This document shows, in pieces, positions 46,130 to 53,916 of a stretch of 64,000 bases of DNA. The notes under the pieces were generated by a model. The model ran no database searches. It was given only the letters and a program-made list of their open reading frames with translations, and was not told the DNA's origin. Numbering within the stretch: position 1 is the first letter of the stretch; the number at the start of each line of letters is the position of its first letter. A program made the translations under genes and the position numbers. The stretch comes from Candidatus Actinomarina sp. (GTDB taxonomy: Bacteria; Actinomycetota; Acidimicrobiia; Actinomarinales; Actinomarinaceae): positions 3,573 to 67,572 of the forward strand of contig JADHQS010000001.1 of assembly GCA_016777845.1 (NCBI GenBank), given 5' to 3'.

Positions 46130-46940
46130 AAAAATAATTGCTTACCAGGGTTCATCTGGCTCATATTCAGAACAACTTTTGAAAAAAGAATATCCAGATT
46201 ATCTGTATCATCCAACAGAAACATTTACTGAGTTAATTTCTTATGTAAAATCTGATTCTGGCATTGGATTATTACCTGTTGAGAATTCAATTGCAGGTAC
46301 TGTGAATGAAGCATACGAAGAGCTTATAGACAGTGGTTTAAAAATCTTTGCTGAATATATACACAGAATTAACCATAGTTTAATTGGCTTAGTGGGTTCA
46401 GATATATCAAATATTACAAATGTTATTTCTCACCCACAGGCATTACAGCAATGCAGCAAGTTTATACAAAAGTATAAGTTCAGAATCACTCCAGTCTTTG
46501 ATACAGCGGGAAGTGTATTTGAAATTTTAGAAAAAAATGAACTTACTATCGCTGCGATAGCCGGTGAACATTTTGAAAGCGATGAAAGATTTTTGATTTT
46601 AGAAAAAAATATATCAAATCATGAAGAAAATTATACAAGATTCCTTCTGATTGGAAATATAGATTTAGATCATAAACAATTTAATAACAAGGTTTCATCA
46701 GTACTCATATCTGATGATAAGCCAGGTTCATTATTGCAGTCTTTGAATATTTTTAGTGAACTGGATATAAACCTAACAAAACTTGAATCACGACCAATAC
46801 TTGGAAGACCTTGGGAGTACAAATTTTACATAGATTATGAACTAGAAAACTTGGAAAAACAATATGAGCTTGAGGAAAAAATAAGTAAAGTCGCCAAAGA
46901 ATTTAAGTTATTGGGGCATTATCCAAAAGCTATTCAGTAA
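46119..46940 (+). CDS. pheA: prephenate dehydratase (PDT + ACT domains)
   Basis: 273 aa; PDT domain, C-terminal ACT (ESRP motif). Confidence 0.88.
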   Translation: MNSKKIIAYQGSSGSYSEQLLKKEYPDYLYHPTETFTELISYVKSDSGIGLLPVENSIAGTVNEAYEELIDSGLKIFAEYIHRINHSLIGLVGSDISNITNVISHPQALQQCSKFIQKYKFRITPVFDTAGSVFEILEKNELTIAAIAGEHFESDERFLILEKNISNHEENYTRFLLIGNIDLDHKQFNNKVSSVLISDDKPGSLLQSLNIFSELDINLTKLESRPILGRPWEYKFYIDYELENLEKQYELEEKISKVAKEFKLLGHYPKAIQ

Positions 46941-48039
46941 CTTTCCATTGAATACCTTCTTCAGAATCTTCTATTTGTAAACCAGCAGATTCTAATATAT
47001 TTCTAATTTGATCAGAAAGCTCATAATTTTTTTCATTTCTCAACTTTGATCTAAGTGTTATTAGATTTTCAATTAATATTTCGAAGCGCTCATTATTTTT
47101 TTTATTAGACTCTATTTGAATTTCTAAATTAGCGATTTCTTTCAAGATAGCTTTATCTGTAGAATTTACTTCAGTTGCAATACTATCTATTTTTTCGACA
47201 GAGCTTTTTTTGTCAGAAATCAGAAGTTTTTGTAGTGCACTCAAACTTTCTTCAGATTTATTTTCAAAAATATGAGTTCCTTCATTATTTAAAACAGTTA
47301 CATTACCTAATCCAACAACTTTGAAAGTTTCTTTTTTGCCAGAAATTATTAGTGCTGTATGTTCATCGATACCAAGAATATTTGAGTAAGAGTTATCTAG
47401 AAGAGTTTTCATTCTATTTTCCCCAACATAACTAAAGCTTGTATCATGATTTCCACCCTCTGCATTATTAAAGTGAGGAACTACAGTACAAGACAAACCA
47501 TAAACATCTAAAATATTCAACCCCTTTTCCCAATAAGGATCTTGACCAACTTTATAAATTTCATAAACAGGCAAGGTATACTCTCCGAGAGTAGAGGCTG
47601 CTGCACTTGCAAATACACTGTTGTTACCATTTATAAGATGATTTTTTAAAGTTTTTTGAAACTCATTACCGAACCAAAGCTTGCTTGCATAGCTAGGGCT
47701 TCCAGGTCCAGCAAAAATAAATGAAGCATTTTCCAATAATTGAATTGATTTAAAGAATGATTTTGAATGTAATTCTTCAATTTTTCTGTAAGTAGCTAAT
47801 TTCATATCAACGTTTAAACTAACTTTGTAAAAATCTATAATTTTTTTGACCAATTGGCTAGCATTTTCCTGGAATCCAAATGGCGAATCAATCATTAAAA
47901 CATCTGAAGAATCATCTAGTCCATGTAGAAGTTCTCTATGTACACTAACTAAGTTAGGACTTGTTTCACCGGATCCTAAAATAGCTAATGAACCTGTAGC
48001 TTTTTTCATTAAACTATTATATATTTTTTTTGTATACAA
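46930..48039 (-). CDS. peptidase S51 (cyanophycinase/dipeptidase E)-like domain protein with coiled-coil and CysRS C-terminal-like tail
   Basis: 369 aa; N-terminal LAILGSGE...ASFIFAGPGSP...FASAAAS resembles the S51 [AD]xIFFxGG...GTSAG layout; C-terminal NEKNYELSDQIRNILESAGLQIEDSEEGIQWKV resembles the CysRS C-terminus (KD[WF]..SDxIRDxL...GIxLED...GTxWR). Confidence 0.5.
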   Translation of the reverse strand: MYTKKIYNSLMKKATGSLAILGSGETSPNLVSVHRELLHGLDDSSDVLMIDSPFGFQENASQLVKKIIDFYKVSLNVDMKLATYRKIEELHSKSFFKSIQLLENASFIFAGPGSPSYASKLWFGNEFQKTLKNHLINGNNSVFASAAASTLGEYTLPVYEIYKVGQDPYWEKGLNILDVYGLSCTVVPHFNNAEGGNHDTSFSYVGENRMKTLLDNSYSNILGIDEHTALIISGKKETFKVVGLGNVTVLNNEGTHIFENKSEESLSALQKLLISDKKSSVEKIDSIATEVNSTDKAILKEIANLEIQIESNKKNNERFEILIENLITLRSKLRNEKNYELSDQIRNILESAGLQIEDSEEGIQWKVTE

Positions 48040-48060
48040 CTAAAGGTGTATAATTTAATC

Positions 48061-49059
48061 ATGGCAAGATTTTTAGCTTTTGTTCTTGAAAAATTTACAA
48101 TTGAAATCATTCCAAAGCTTCCTCTACTTATAAGGACACCACTATATGTAAACATATTAAAACTTAGAAAAGTTCGTGACCGAATTAGGCTCGATGTAAC
48201 GAAAAAAAATCCTACATTTCAAGATCGCTTAAATTATGCTATCGATTCAAGAGCAAATCTAAATAATTCAGGTGAAAGAATTTTATCTTTTAATGATGAA
48301 GTTCAAATGGAGGAACTAGAAGACTCACCTGTAAAGATTTATAAATTCACTCCAAAAAATGCGGAGACTGGAAAGTATGGTGTTTATTTTCATGGAGGAG
48401 GTTATTTTGCAGGTAGTATTAAATCTCATAAAAATTTTGTTTCAATCGTTTCTCAAAAATCTAATTTAGTAACTTATTTTTTTGAATATAGGCTCAGTCC
48501 AGAACATAATTTTCCTGCTGCCCATGAAGATGCAAAAATAGCTATAGAATTTATTGACAACCTTCACAAAGACGAACAATCAATTTGGATGGGTGAGTCA
48601 GCTGGAGGAGGCCTAGCCACAGGTCTTGTGGTGGATGGTGGGTTTGTATACAATCCTGACAATCTCATTTTACTCTCACCATGGCTAGATTTGTCAGATG
48701 GGTTCCAAGACAAAAGATTTCTTAAAAACAGAGACATAACAATAATAATTGAGGGAATGTATGAGGTTGGAGAGTTTTATGCGGGGGAGTATGGCACTAC
48801 CAACCCAATACTGTCACCAGTTTATGCAGATATTAATAATTTTCCAGATACTTTAATTCAAGTCTGCTCTGATGAATTACTTTACAATGATGCAATTGAA
48901 TTTGTGAAAAAATTAAGAGATAAGAATACAAATGTACAACTTCAAACATGGGATAAGCTTTGGCATGCATGGCACTTTTTTCCAATTAAGGAAGCATTTG
49001 AGGCTATTGATAACATAGCTGAATATATTAAGTCCTCAGAATTTCACTCTTCTAAATGA
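48061..49059 (+). CDS. alpha/beta-hydrolase fold esterase/lipase (HSL/Aes family)
   Basis: HGGGY oxyanion motif, GESAGG nucleophile elbow; start at ATG 48061 (MARFLAF) preferred over GTG 48046. Confidence 0.8.
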   Translation: MARFLAFVLEKFTIEIIPKLPLLIRTPLYVNILKLRKVRDRIRLDVTKKNPTFQDRLNYAIDSRANLNNSGERILSFNDEVQMEELEDSPVKIYKFTPKNAETGKYGVYFHGGGYFAGSIKSHKNFVSIVSQKSNLVTYFFEYRLSPEHNFPAAHEDAKIAIEFIDNLHKDEQSIWMGESAGGGLATGLVVDGGFVYNPDNLILLSPWLDLSDGFQDKRFLKNRDITIIIEGMYEVGEFYAGEYGTTNPILSPVYADINNFPDTLIQVCSDELLYNDAIEFVKKLRDKNTNVQLQTWDKLWHAWHFFPIKEAFEAIDNIAEYIKSSEFHSSK

Positions 49060-49790
49060 TGAAGGGCAAATCCAAAAGGTAATTCCAACCTGTTGTCTGA
49101 CATAATTTTTTCGTTTTTAAGAATTTTATAAGTGTCATCATCTGCAGTAATTTTACCGTTGTTTAAAATTACACTTCTATTACAAATTTCCAATGCCATT
49201 GGTAAATCATGCGTAACAAGGATAATTGATACATCTAAATTTTTAAGTATATCTATTAGTTCCCTCCTAGAAGCAGGATCTAAATTTGAACTAGGTTCAT
49301 CTAAAACTAGTAATTCAGGCTCTGAAGCCAGAACACTTGCTATTGCCACTTTTCTTTTTTGACCAAAGCTTAAATGGTGTGGTGGTTTGTCTTTAAACTG
49401 CAACATCTTAACTTGTTCGAGTGCGTTGATTGAATTTTTCTTCACTAACTCATCACTGAATCCAAAATTTTTTGGTCCAAACATTACATCTTCTAACACA
49501 GTTGGCATAAATAGTTGATCATCAGGATCCTGGAAAACTAAACCTACAGATTTTCGAATTTTTGAAATATTTTCTTCGGAAAAATCTATATTATTTAATG
49601 TAATTTTTCCGTTTAAATCACCTAGAATCCCGTTCAAATGAAGAATAAGAGTAGTTTTACCTGCTCCATTAGGGCCTAATACAGCAAGCCTTTCACCTTT
49701 TGATAAACTTAGATTTATATTTTCAAGAGCTTTAAATCCATCTGGATATTCAAAACTTAAGTTATCTATATTCAGGTATTCCTGCTTCAT
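49044..49790 (-). CDS. ecfA: ECF transporter ATPase (CbiO/EcfA family)
   Basis: 248 aa; Walker A GPNGAGKTT, ABC signature, Walker B LLVLDEP. Confidence 0.88.
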   Translation of the reverse strand: MKQEYLNIDNLSFEYPDGFKALENINLSLSKGERLAVLGPNGAGKTTLILHLNGILGDLNGKITLNNIDFSEENISKIRKSVGLVFQDPDDQLFMPTVLEDVMFGPKNFGFSDELVKKNSINALEQVKMLQFKDKPPHHLSFGQKRKVAIASVLASEPELLVLDEPSSNLDPASRRELIDILKNLDVSIILVTHDLPMALEICNRSVILNNGKITADDDTYKILKNEKIMSDNRLELPFGFALHHLEE

Positions 49791-50551
49791 AAAACGAACC
49801 TATCTACAATACAAATTACAATTGAAAATATAGAAATTAGAAGAATTAAATTAGATGAATTAAACTCTCGTGCCTCTAGCTCTAACGTTCCTTTAAAGCC
49901 TCTAGAAATCATAGAATTATAAACCCTTTCTCCTCTTTCATACCCCCTAATCAATAAGGCACCAGATGCAAAAGCAAGTGGCTTAAGTGTTTTGATTCCT
50001 TTTTCAGAATAACCTCTAGAGCGCATTGATATTTTTACTCTTTTTACCTCGTCAATGAATACATCAATATATCTAATTGCAAAAGAAAATATAGAAATTA
50101 ACAAAGGTGATACTTTAAGTTTCTGTAATCCATATATTATTTCGATATTAGACGTTGTCGCAGTAAGAACAATTGCCAACGTGACACAAAGAGTAATTTT
50201 TATCAGAATTGATATCATTTCATCAACTCCAGTCTTATAAATACTGAAATTAAAAAAACTTGTTAAGACTTCTCCATTCCCTTTACTCACAAATGGTAAA
50301 AATAAGGCGAACAATATAAATGGTATATCTATTGAAAGTCTTTTTAAATATGTTTTAAGTTGTAATCTTGAAACAATCAATAAACCCGCAACTATTACTG
50401 CTTGAAGTACAACCGAAACATTGTTTTCTAAACTCAAAAAGGCAATAGAGAGAATAATTGCAAAAAAGGAAAGTAATTTTATTTCAGGTTTGATTTTAAC
50501 TAAATACGAGTCACTATGAGTTTCTAAATGATGAGAATGGGATGTTTCCAT
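49787..50551 (-). CDS. ecfT: ECF transporter transmembrane T component (CbiQ/EcfT family) with His-rich N-terminus
   Basis: 254 aa multi-TM, CbiQ-like; N-terminus METSHSHHLETH; 4-nt overlap with ecfA. Confidence 0.75.
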   Translation of the reverse strand: METSHSHHLETHSDSYLVKIKPEIKLLSFFAIILSIAFLSLENNVSVVLQAVIVAGLLIVSRLQLKTYLKRLSIDIPFILFALFLPFVSKGNGEVLTSFFNFSIYKTGVDEMISILIKITLCVTLAIVLTATTSNIEIIYGLQKLKVSPLLISIFSFAIRYIDVFIDEVKRVKISMRSRGYSEKGIKTLKPLAFASGALLIRGYERGERVYNSMISRGFKGTLELEAREFNSSNLILLISIFSIVICIVDRFVL

Positions 50552-50566
50552 ATTTGTATATCTTAA

Positions 50567-50581
50567 TGCAAATTATTTGCA
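50567..50581. promoter_or_regulatory. perfect 7-1-7 inverted repeat TGCAAAT-T-ATTTGCA (candidate Fur-family operator)
   Basis: Located in the 39-bp gap between the Fur-family gene stop and the ecfT start; 7-1-7 architecture as for Fur/PerR/Zur boxes. Confidence 0.5.
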
Positions 50582-50590
50582 ATAAAAGAT

Positions 50591-51001
50591 TTATTTACAT
50601 TTTTTGCAATACCCTGAGTATACGAAGTGATTTGTTATCTCTCTAAAATTTGTTTTACTAGTTATTAGATCATTTACTTTTTCGGATGTTTTTATATCAA
50701 GATCTGAAATGTCTCCACATGACTCACACACAATATGTATATTTGAATGTACATCTTTTACAAAATATAATCCTGACCCATGTACCTGGTGAGAATGTTC
50801 AATTAGATTTATATTTTCTAAAAGTTCTAGAGTTCTATAAACAGTAGCCAAGTCAATATTTTTATCTTTTTTTAATGAAAGTTTATGTAGCTCTTCAACA
50901 GTAAAGTGTTTATGCCCAGATGTTCCAAGAATTTTGCAAACGACTTCTCTTGCATTAGTTATTCTTTTACCTCTTTTTCGTAATTCATTAACGAAATCCA
51001 T
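50591..51001 (-). CDS. Fur-family metalloregulator (Fur/Zur/Nur/PerR)
   Basis: MDFVNELRKRGKRITNAREVV... winged-helix N-terminus, HSHQVHG and C-terminal CxxC...CxxC; the ORF-track upstream start (51031) adds 10 aa not typical of Fur proteins. Confidence 0.8.
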   Translation of the reverse strand: MDFVNELRKRGKRITNAREVVCKILGTSGHKHFTVEELHKLSLKKDKNIDLATVYRTLELLENINLIEHSHQVHGSGLYFVKDVHSNIHIVCESCGDISDLDIKTSEKVNDLITSKTNFREITNHFVYSGYCKKCK

Positions 51002-51035
51002 ATCCAAGTATATTATATGTTTGGCGGGCAAAATT

Positions 51036-51509
51036 ATGAAAAAAAAGTTTCTTAGAATATTAAACAGGTATAGTTTGCTCTATCTTCCCACGGGATGGGT
51101 TATTGGACTGGGTATCATTTTTATTGCTTATGAGCCAATAACTGTTCTTTATTTTCTTAGTTTATTTGTTTTGGGTATATTTGGATTCCTTATTCTTTAT
51201 ACATCAAATAGAAGAATGGTTGATGACTCTTATAATATTTCAGATTACCAATACTCAATAATTGAGTTTTACTCAGACTACTGACTAGGTTGCACTGCTT
51301 CAAAGTTCATAGTTGATGAATTTAAAAAGAAAAATCCAGACGTTTATTTTGTTTCTATAAATGCGAGTAAGCAAAAAGATCATGAGTTTATTGATATATA
51401 TAACTTAAACAACACTCCAACATATGTATTGATTAATAATGAAGGTGAAAAGCTTGGAAGAAGAGTTGGTACATTTTATCCTAAGTATTTCGAAAATAAA
51501 ATAGGTTAG
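51036..51509 (+). CDS. candidate selenoprotein: two-TM membrane-anchored thioredoxin with in-frame TGA (51282-51284) at the first active-site position (U-L-G-C replacing C-G-P-C)
   Basis: Single frame: MKKKF...2 TM...IIEFYSDY-TGA-LGCTASKFIVDEF...VYFVSINASKQKDHEFIDIYNLNNTPTYVLINNEGEKLGRRVG aligns residue-for-residue with thioredoxin (VVDFWAEWCGPCK...LTVAKLNIDQNP...IRGIPTLLLFKNGE...KVG); TGA is a genuine stop for neighbours (rpsQ, infA, rimI). Confidence 0.5.
51303..51323 (+). promoter_or_regulatory. candidate bacterial SECIS-like hairpin AAGUUCAU-AGUUG-AUGAAUUU
   Basis: 8-bp stem (one G.U) with GU-containing apical loop; loop G lies 30 nt downstream of the UGA. Confidence 0.3.
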
Positions 51510-51841
51510 GAAACTTTGTCTCCAAGCTCTGCTTTGTCGGATGGCTGAAGTAATAGTACATCTCCATTTTCAGAAATTGATCCTAAGACTAAGCACTCAC
51601 TCATAAATGGTCCTATTTGTTTATTTCCAAGATTGATAACTGCTATACAAGGCTTTTCATGAAGTTCATTTAATTTATAGTTTGTTATCTGTGCACTGGT
51701 CTTTTTAGTGCCAATTAAATCACCAAAATCAATTGTCAGTTTGTATGCTGGTTTTTTAGCTTCTTCGAAAATTTCTGCATTAATTATTTTTCCGACACGA
51801 ATATCTAATTCAAAAAAATTAGTTGATTTATCACTTTCCAT
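51506..51841 (-). CDS. tRNA-binding domain protein (CsaA/Trbp111/MetRS C-terminal-like OB fold)
   Basis: 111 aa; DIRVGKIINAE... and ...PFMSECLVLG pattern of the EMAP/tRNA-binding family. Confidence 0.75.
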   Translation of the reverse strand: MESDKSTNFFELDIRVGKIINAEIFEEAKKPAYKLTIDFGDLIGTKKTSAQITNYKLNELHEKPCIAVINLGNKQIGPFMSECLVLGSISENGDVLLLQPSDKAELGDKVS

Positions 51842-51869
51842 ATAACAAACATAATTACATACTTAATTC

Positions 51870-52415
51870 ATGTCAAAATTATTAATTCTTAGCGCAGGAG
51901 TTAGTGAAGATTCAAACAATACCAAATTAGCAAAAAAGCTAAACAAATTTCTAGATGAAAAGGCTGTGCCTAATGAAATTCATGAAAATCTATATGAAAA
52001 TATTCCATTTTTGCTAAACAACCAAAAAGATGTTCCCAAAAAAATATTGGAAATTAGAAATTCTCTAGAAAGTGCAGATAGGATTATTATTTTTAGTCCA
52101 GTTTACAATGGAGGATTTTTGGCACATTTAAAAAATACTCTTGATTGGCTATCTCTTGCTTACGATGAAAATAGATATAATTCACTGTTTAAAGATAAAG
52201 CAGTAGGTGTCATTACATCAGTAAGTGGTGGTGGTGGAAATGCTCAAAATGCTTTTAACATACTGCGTGCGCAATTAATGAATTATGGATTAAGAGTTTT
52301 TGAAGAATTTCATTTGATTACAAACAAGGAACACCAAGAAGATACCTCAATTGAAGAGAATCAAACAGTTTTTGAAAATATTACACATTATGTAAATAGA
52401 TTTTTAGAGTTTTAG
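51870..52415 (+). CDS. NAD(P)H-dependent FMN reductase (flavodoxin-like fold)
   Basis: 181 aa; SPVYNGG flavin-binding region typical of NADPH-dependent FMN reductases. Confidence 0.7.
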   Translation: MSKLLILSAGVSEDSNNTKLAKKLNKFLDEKAVPNEIHENLYENIPFLLNNQKDVPKKILEIRNSLESADRIIIFSPVYNGGFLAHLKNTLDWLSLAYDENRYNSLFKDKAVGVITSVSGGGGNAQNAFNILRAQLMNYGLRVFEEFHLITNKEHQEDTSIEENQTVFENITHYVNRFLEF

Positions 52416-53132
52416 TTTTTCATCGATTAAGTTATAAATTTTTGTTGTTAAATCCTCTACAGAAATTTCTTCGGTATTATCAATTGGGTTTAATATCTCA
52501 ATAGTTATTTCACCACTTCTCAACCAAACCTCTCCTTTTCTCATAAGATTATGTGCATTATGAGTAACTACTGGAACAATAGGTAAATGAAAATCTTTTG
52601 ATATGTAAGCAGCTCCTTTTTTAAAGGGGAGGAGATCTTTCTGATTACTTCTTTTTCCTTCAGGGAAAATCATGATAGAGTTCTTGTTATTAATTACTTT
52701 TGATATAGAGTCATTAATTTTTTCGAAATTTGCGCTGGCATTTTTTCTATCTATTCGAGGTAGTCCTAGAACTTTTAACACTCTTCCAAAGATGGGAATC
52801 CTAAATAGCTCAGTTTTTGTTAGAAACCTTATTGAGACAGGTAAAGCGGTTATATGTGTAAAAATATCTAAAGTAGAGGGGTGATTTGAAACTACAACAT
52901 AACTTTTATTTAAATCTATTTTTTCAGCACCCATAACAATAAGTTTTATACCTACAAATTTAAGCCCAACCCAACCAAAAAATTCATAAAGCTTTGTTGC
53001 AATTAATTTCCCATAAGGCAAAAAAGAAGCAACAATTATTAGAAGAATTATTGGAAATAATACAAAAATCATAAAAATAGGAAATAGAAAAATTGTTCTG
53101 ATGAAAATAGGAATTGTGACTTTAGTTTTCAT
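52404..53132 (-). CDS. plsC: 1-acyl-sn-glycerol-3-phosphate acyltransferase
   Basis: 242 aa; NHPSTLD (HX4D) and FPEGKRS motifs, N-terminal TM. Confidence 0.85.
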   Translation of the reverse strand: MKTKVTIPIFIRTIFLFPIFMIFVLFPIILLIIVASFLPYGKLIATKLYEFFGWVGLKFVGIKLIVMGAEKIDLNKSYVVVSNHPSTLDIFTHITALPVSIRFLTKTELFRIPIFGRVLKVLGLPRIDRKNASANFEKINDSISKVINNKNSIMIFPEGKRSNQKDLLPFKKGAAYISKDFHLPIVPVVTHNAHNLMRKGEVWLRSGEITIEILNPIDNTEEISVEDLTTKIYNLIDEKLKL

Positions 53133-53201
53133 ATTTGTATTTTAAAAAAAGAATTGCCTTGATATCAAATAATTAAAATAAATATCATTAAAATTAGTAA
53201 A

Positions 53202-53915
53202 ATGAAAAAATATTTTATTATTTTGTTCCTACTGCTTGCTTTTTGTGGTGATAATTCTGAACAAACACCTCAACCTGAAGCTATTAGTACTGACACAACA
53301 GAAGTAATCGTTGTTGCAGAAGAGGAGTCTACAACTACTACTGAAATTGTACAATTAGATTCTTTTGAGGGTACAGTCTATGAAATTCTAAAAGACAAAA
53401 GTAAGGTAGGTTATTTAGCTCCAAAGCAATTTTTGAACTCTGGTCTTGAAACAATAGAAGGTGTTACAAGTGAGATTATTGGAGAGTTTACTCTCGAACT
53501 ATCAGAATGCGACCAATCTGATTCTTGTCTATATATAACAAATTTGTTGATTCGTGTTGACATCTTTACTCTTAAAAGTAATAACTCAATCAGGGATTCA
53601 GCAATTAAATCTCAGTGGCTGGAATCAAAATTATTTCCAGAGGCTGTATTTAAGATAAATGAATTGGTTATTCCAAATAAAAATTTTGACTCAAAAGTTG
53701 AAGATACAATAGTTGGTAAATTGTCAATTAGAGAAATAGAGTTAGACACACCCTTTTCTATTACAGCATCACTTGTGGGTGATGAAATACGAATTCAAGG
53801 GTTCACAGAAATTGACACAACTTGGTTTGGTTTCGATGCTCCAACAAAATTTAATGCATGGGAAGTTTTGAATCCAATAGGTTTGACAGTAGATTTGGTC
53901 GCAAAGCAAAAATAA
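53202..53915 (+). CDS. lipoprotein, possibly YceI-like
   Basis: Lipobox LLAFCG; Thr/Glu-rich linker; beta-rich C-terminal domain with weak YceI-like pattern. Confidence 0.4.
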   Translation: MKKYFIILFLLLAFCGDNSEQTPQPEAISTDTTEVIVVAEEESTTTTEIVQLDSFEGTVYEILKDKSKVGYLAPKQFLNSGLETIEGVTSEIIGEFTLELSECDQSDSCLYITNLLIRVDIFTLKSNNSIRDSAIKSQWLESKLFPEAVFKINELVIPNKNFDSKVEDTIVGKLSIREIELDTPFSITASLVGDEIRIQGFTEIDTTWFGFDAPTKFNAWEVLNPIGLTVDLVAKQK

Positions 53916-53916
53916 A

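Noticed and set aside
51031-51031. Longer Fur-family start (MPAKHIIYLDMDFV…)
   Set aside because: The extension does not resemble Fur N-termini and would place the start 4 bp from the divergent thioredoxin ATG. MDFVNELRKRG at 51001 matches the family.
50934-51035. N-terminal extension (MQTTSLALVILLPLFRNSL…) of the thioredoxin-frame ORF
   Set aside because: It overlaps the Fur-family gene N-terminus on the opposite strand. The internal ATG at 51036 (MKKKF…) gives a typical positive-inside membrane-anchor start.
51282-51284. Reading the in-frame TGA as a reassigned sense codon (genetic code 4 or 25)
   Set aside because: TGA clearly terminates rpsQ, infA, rimI and other genes at conserved C-termini in this same window, so a genome-wide reassignment is excluded.
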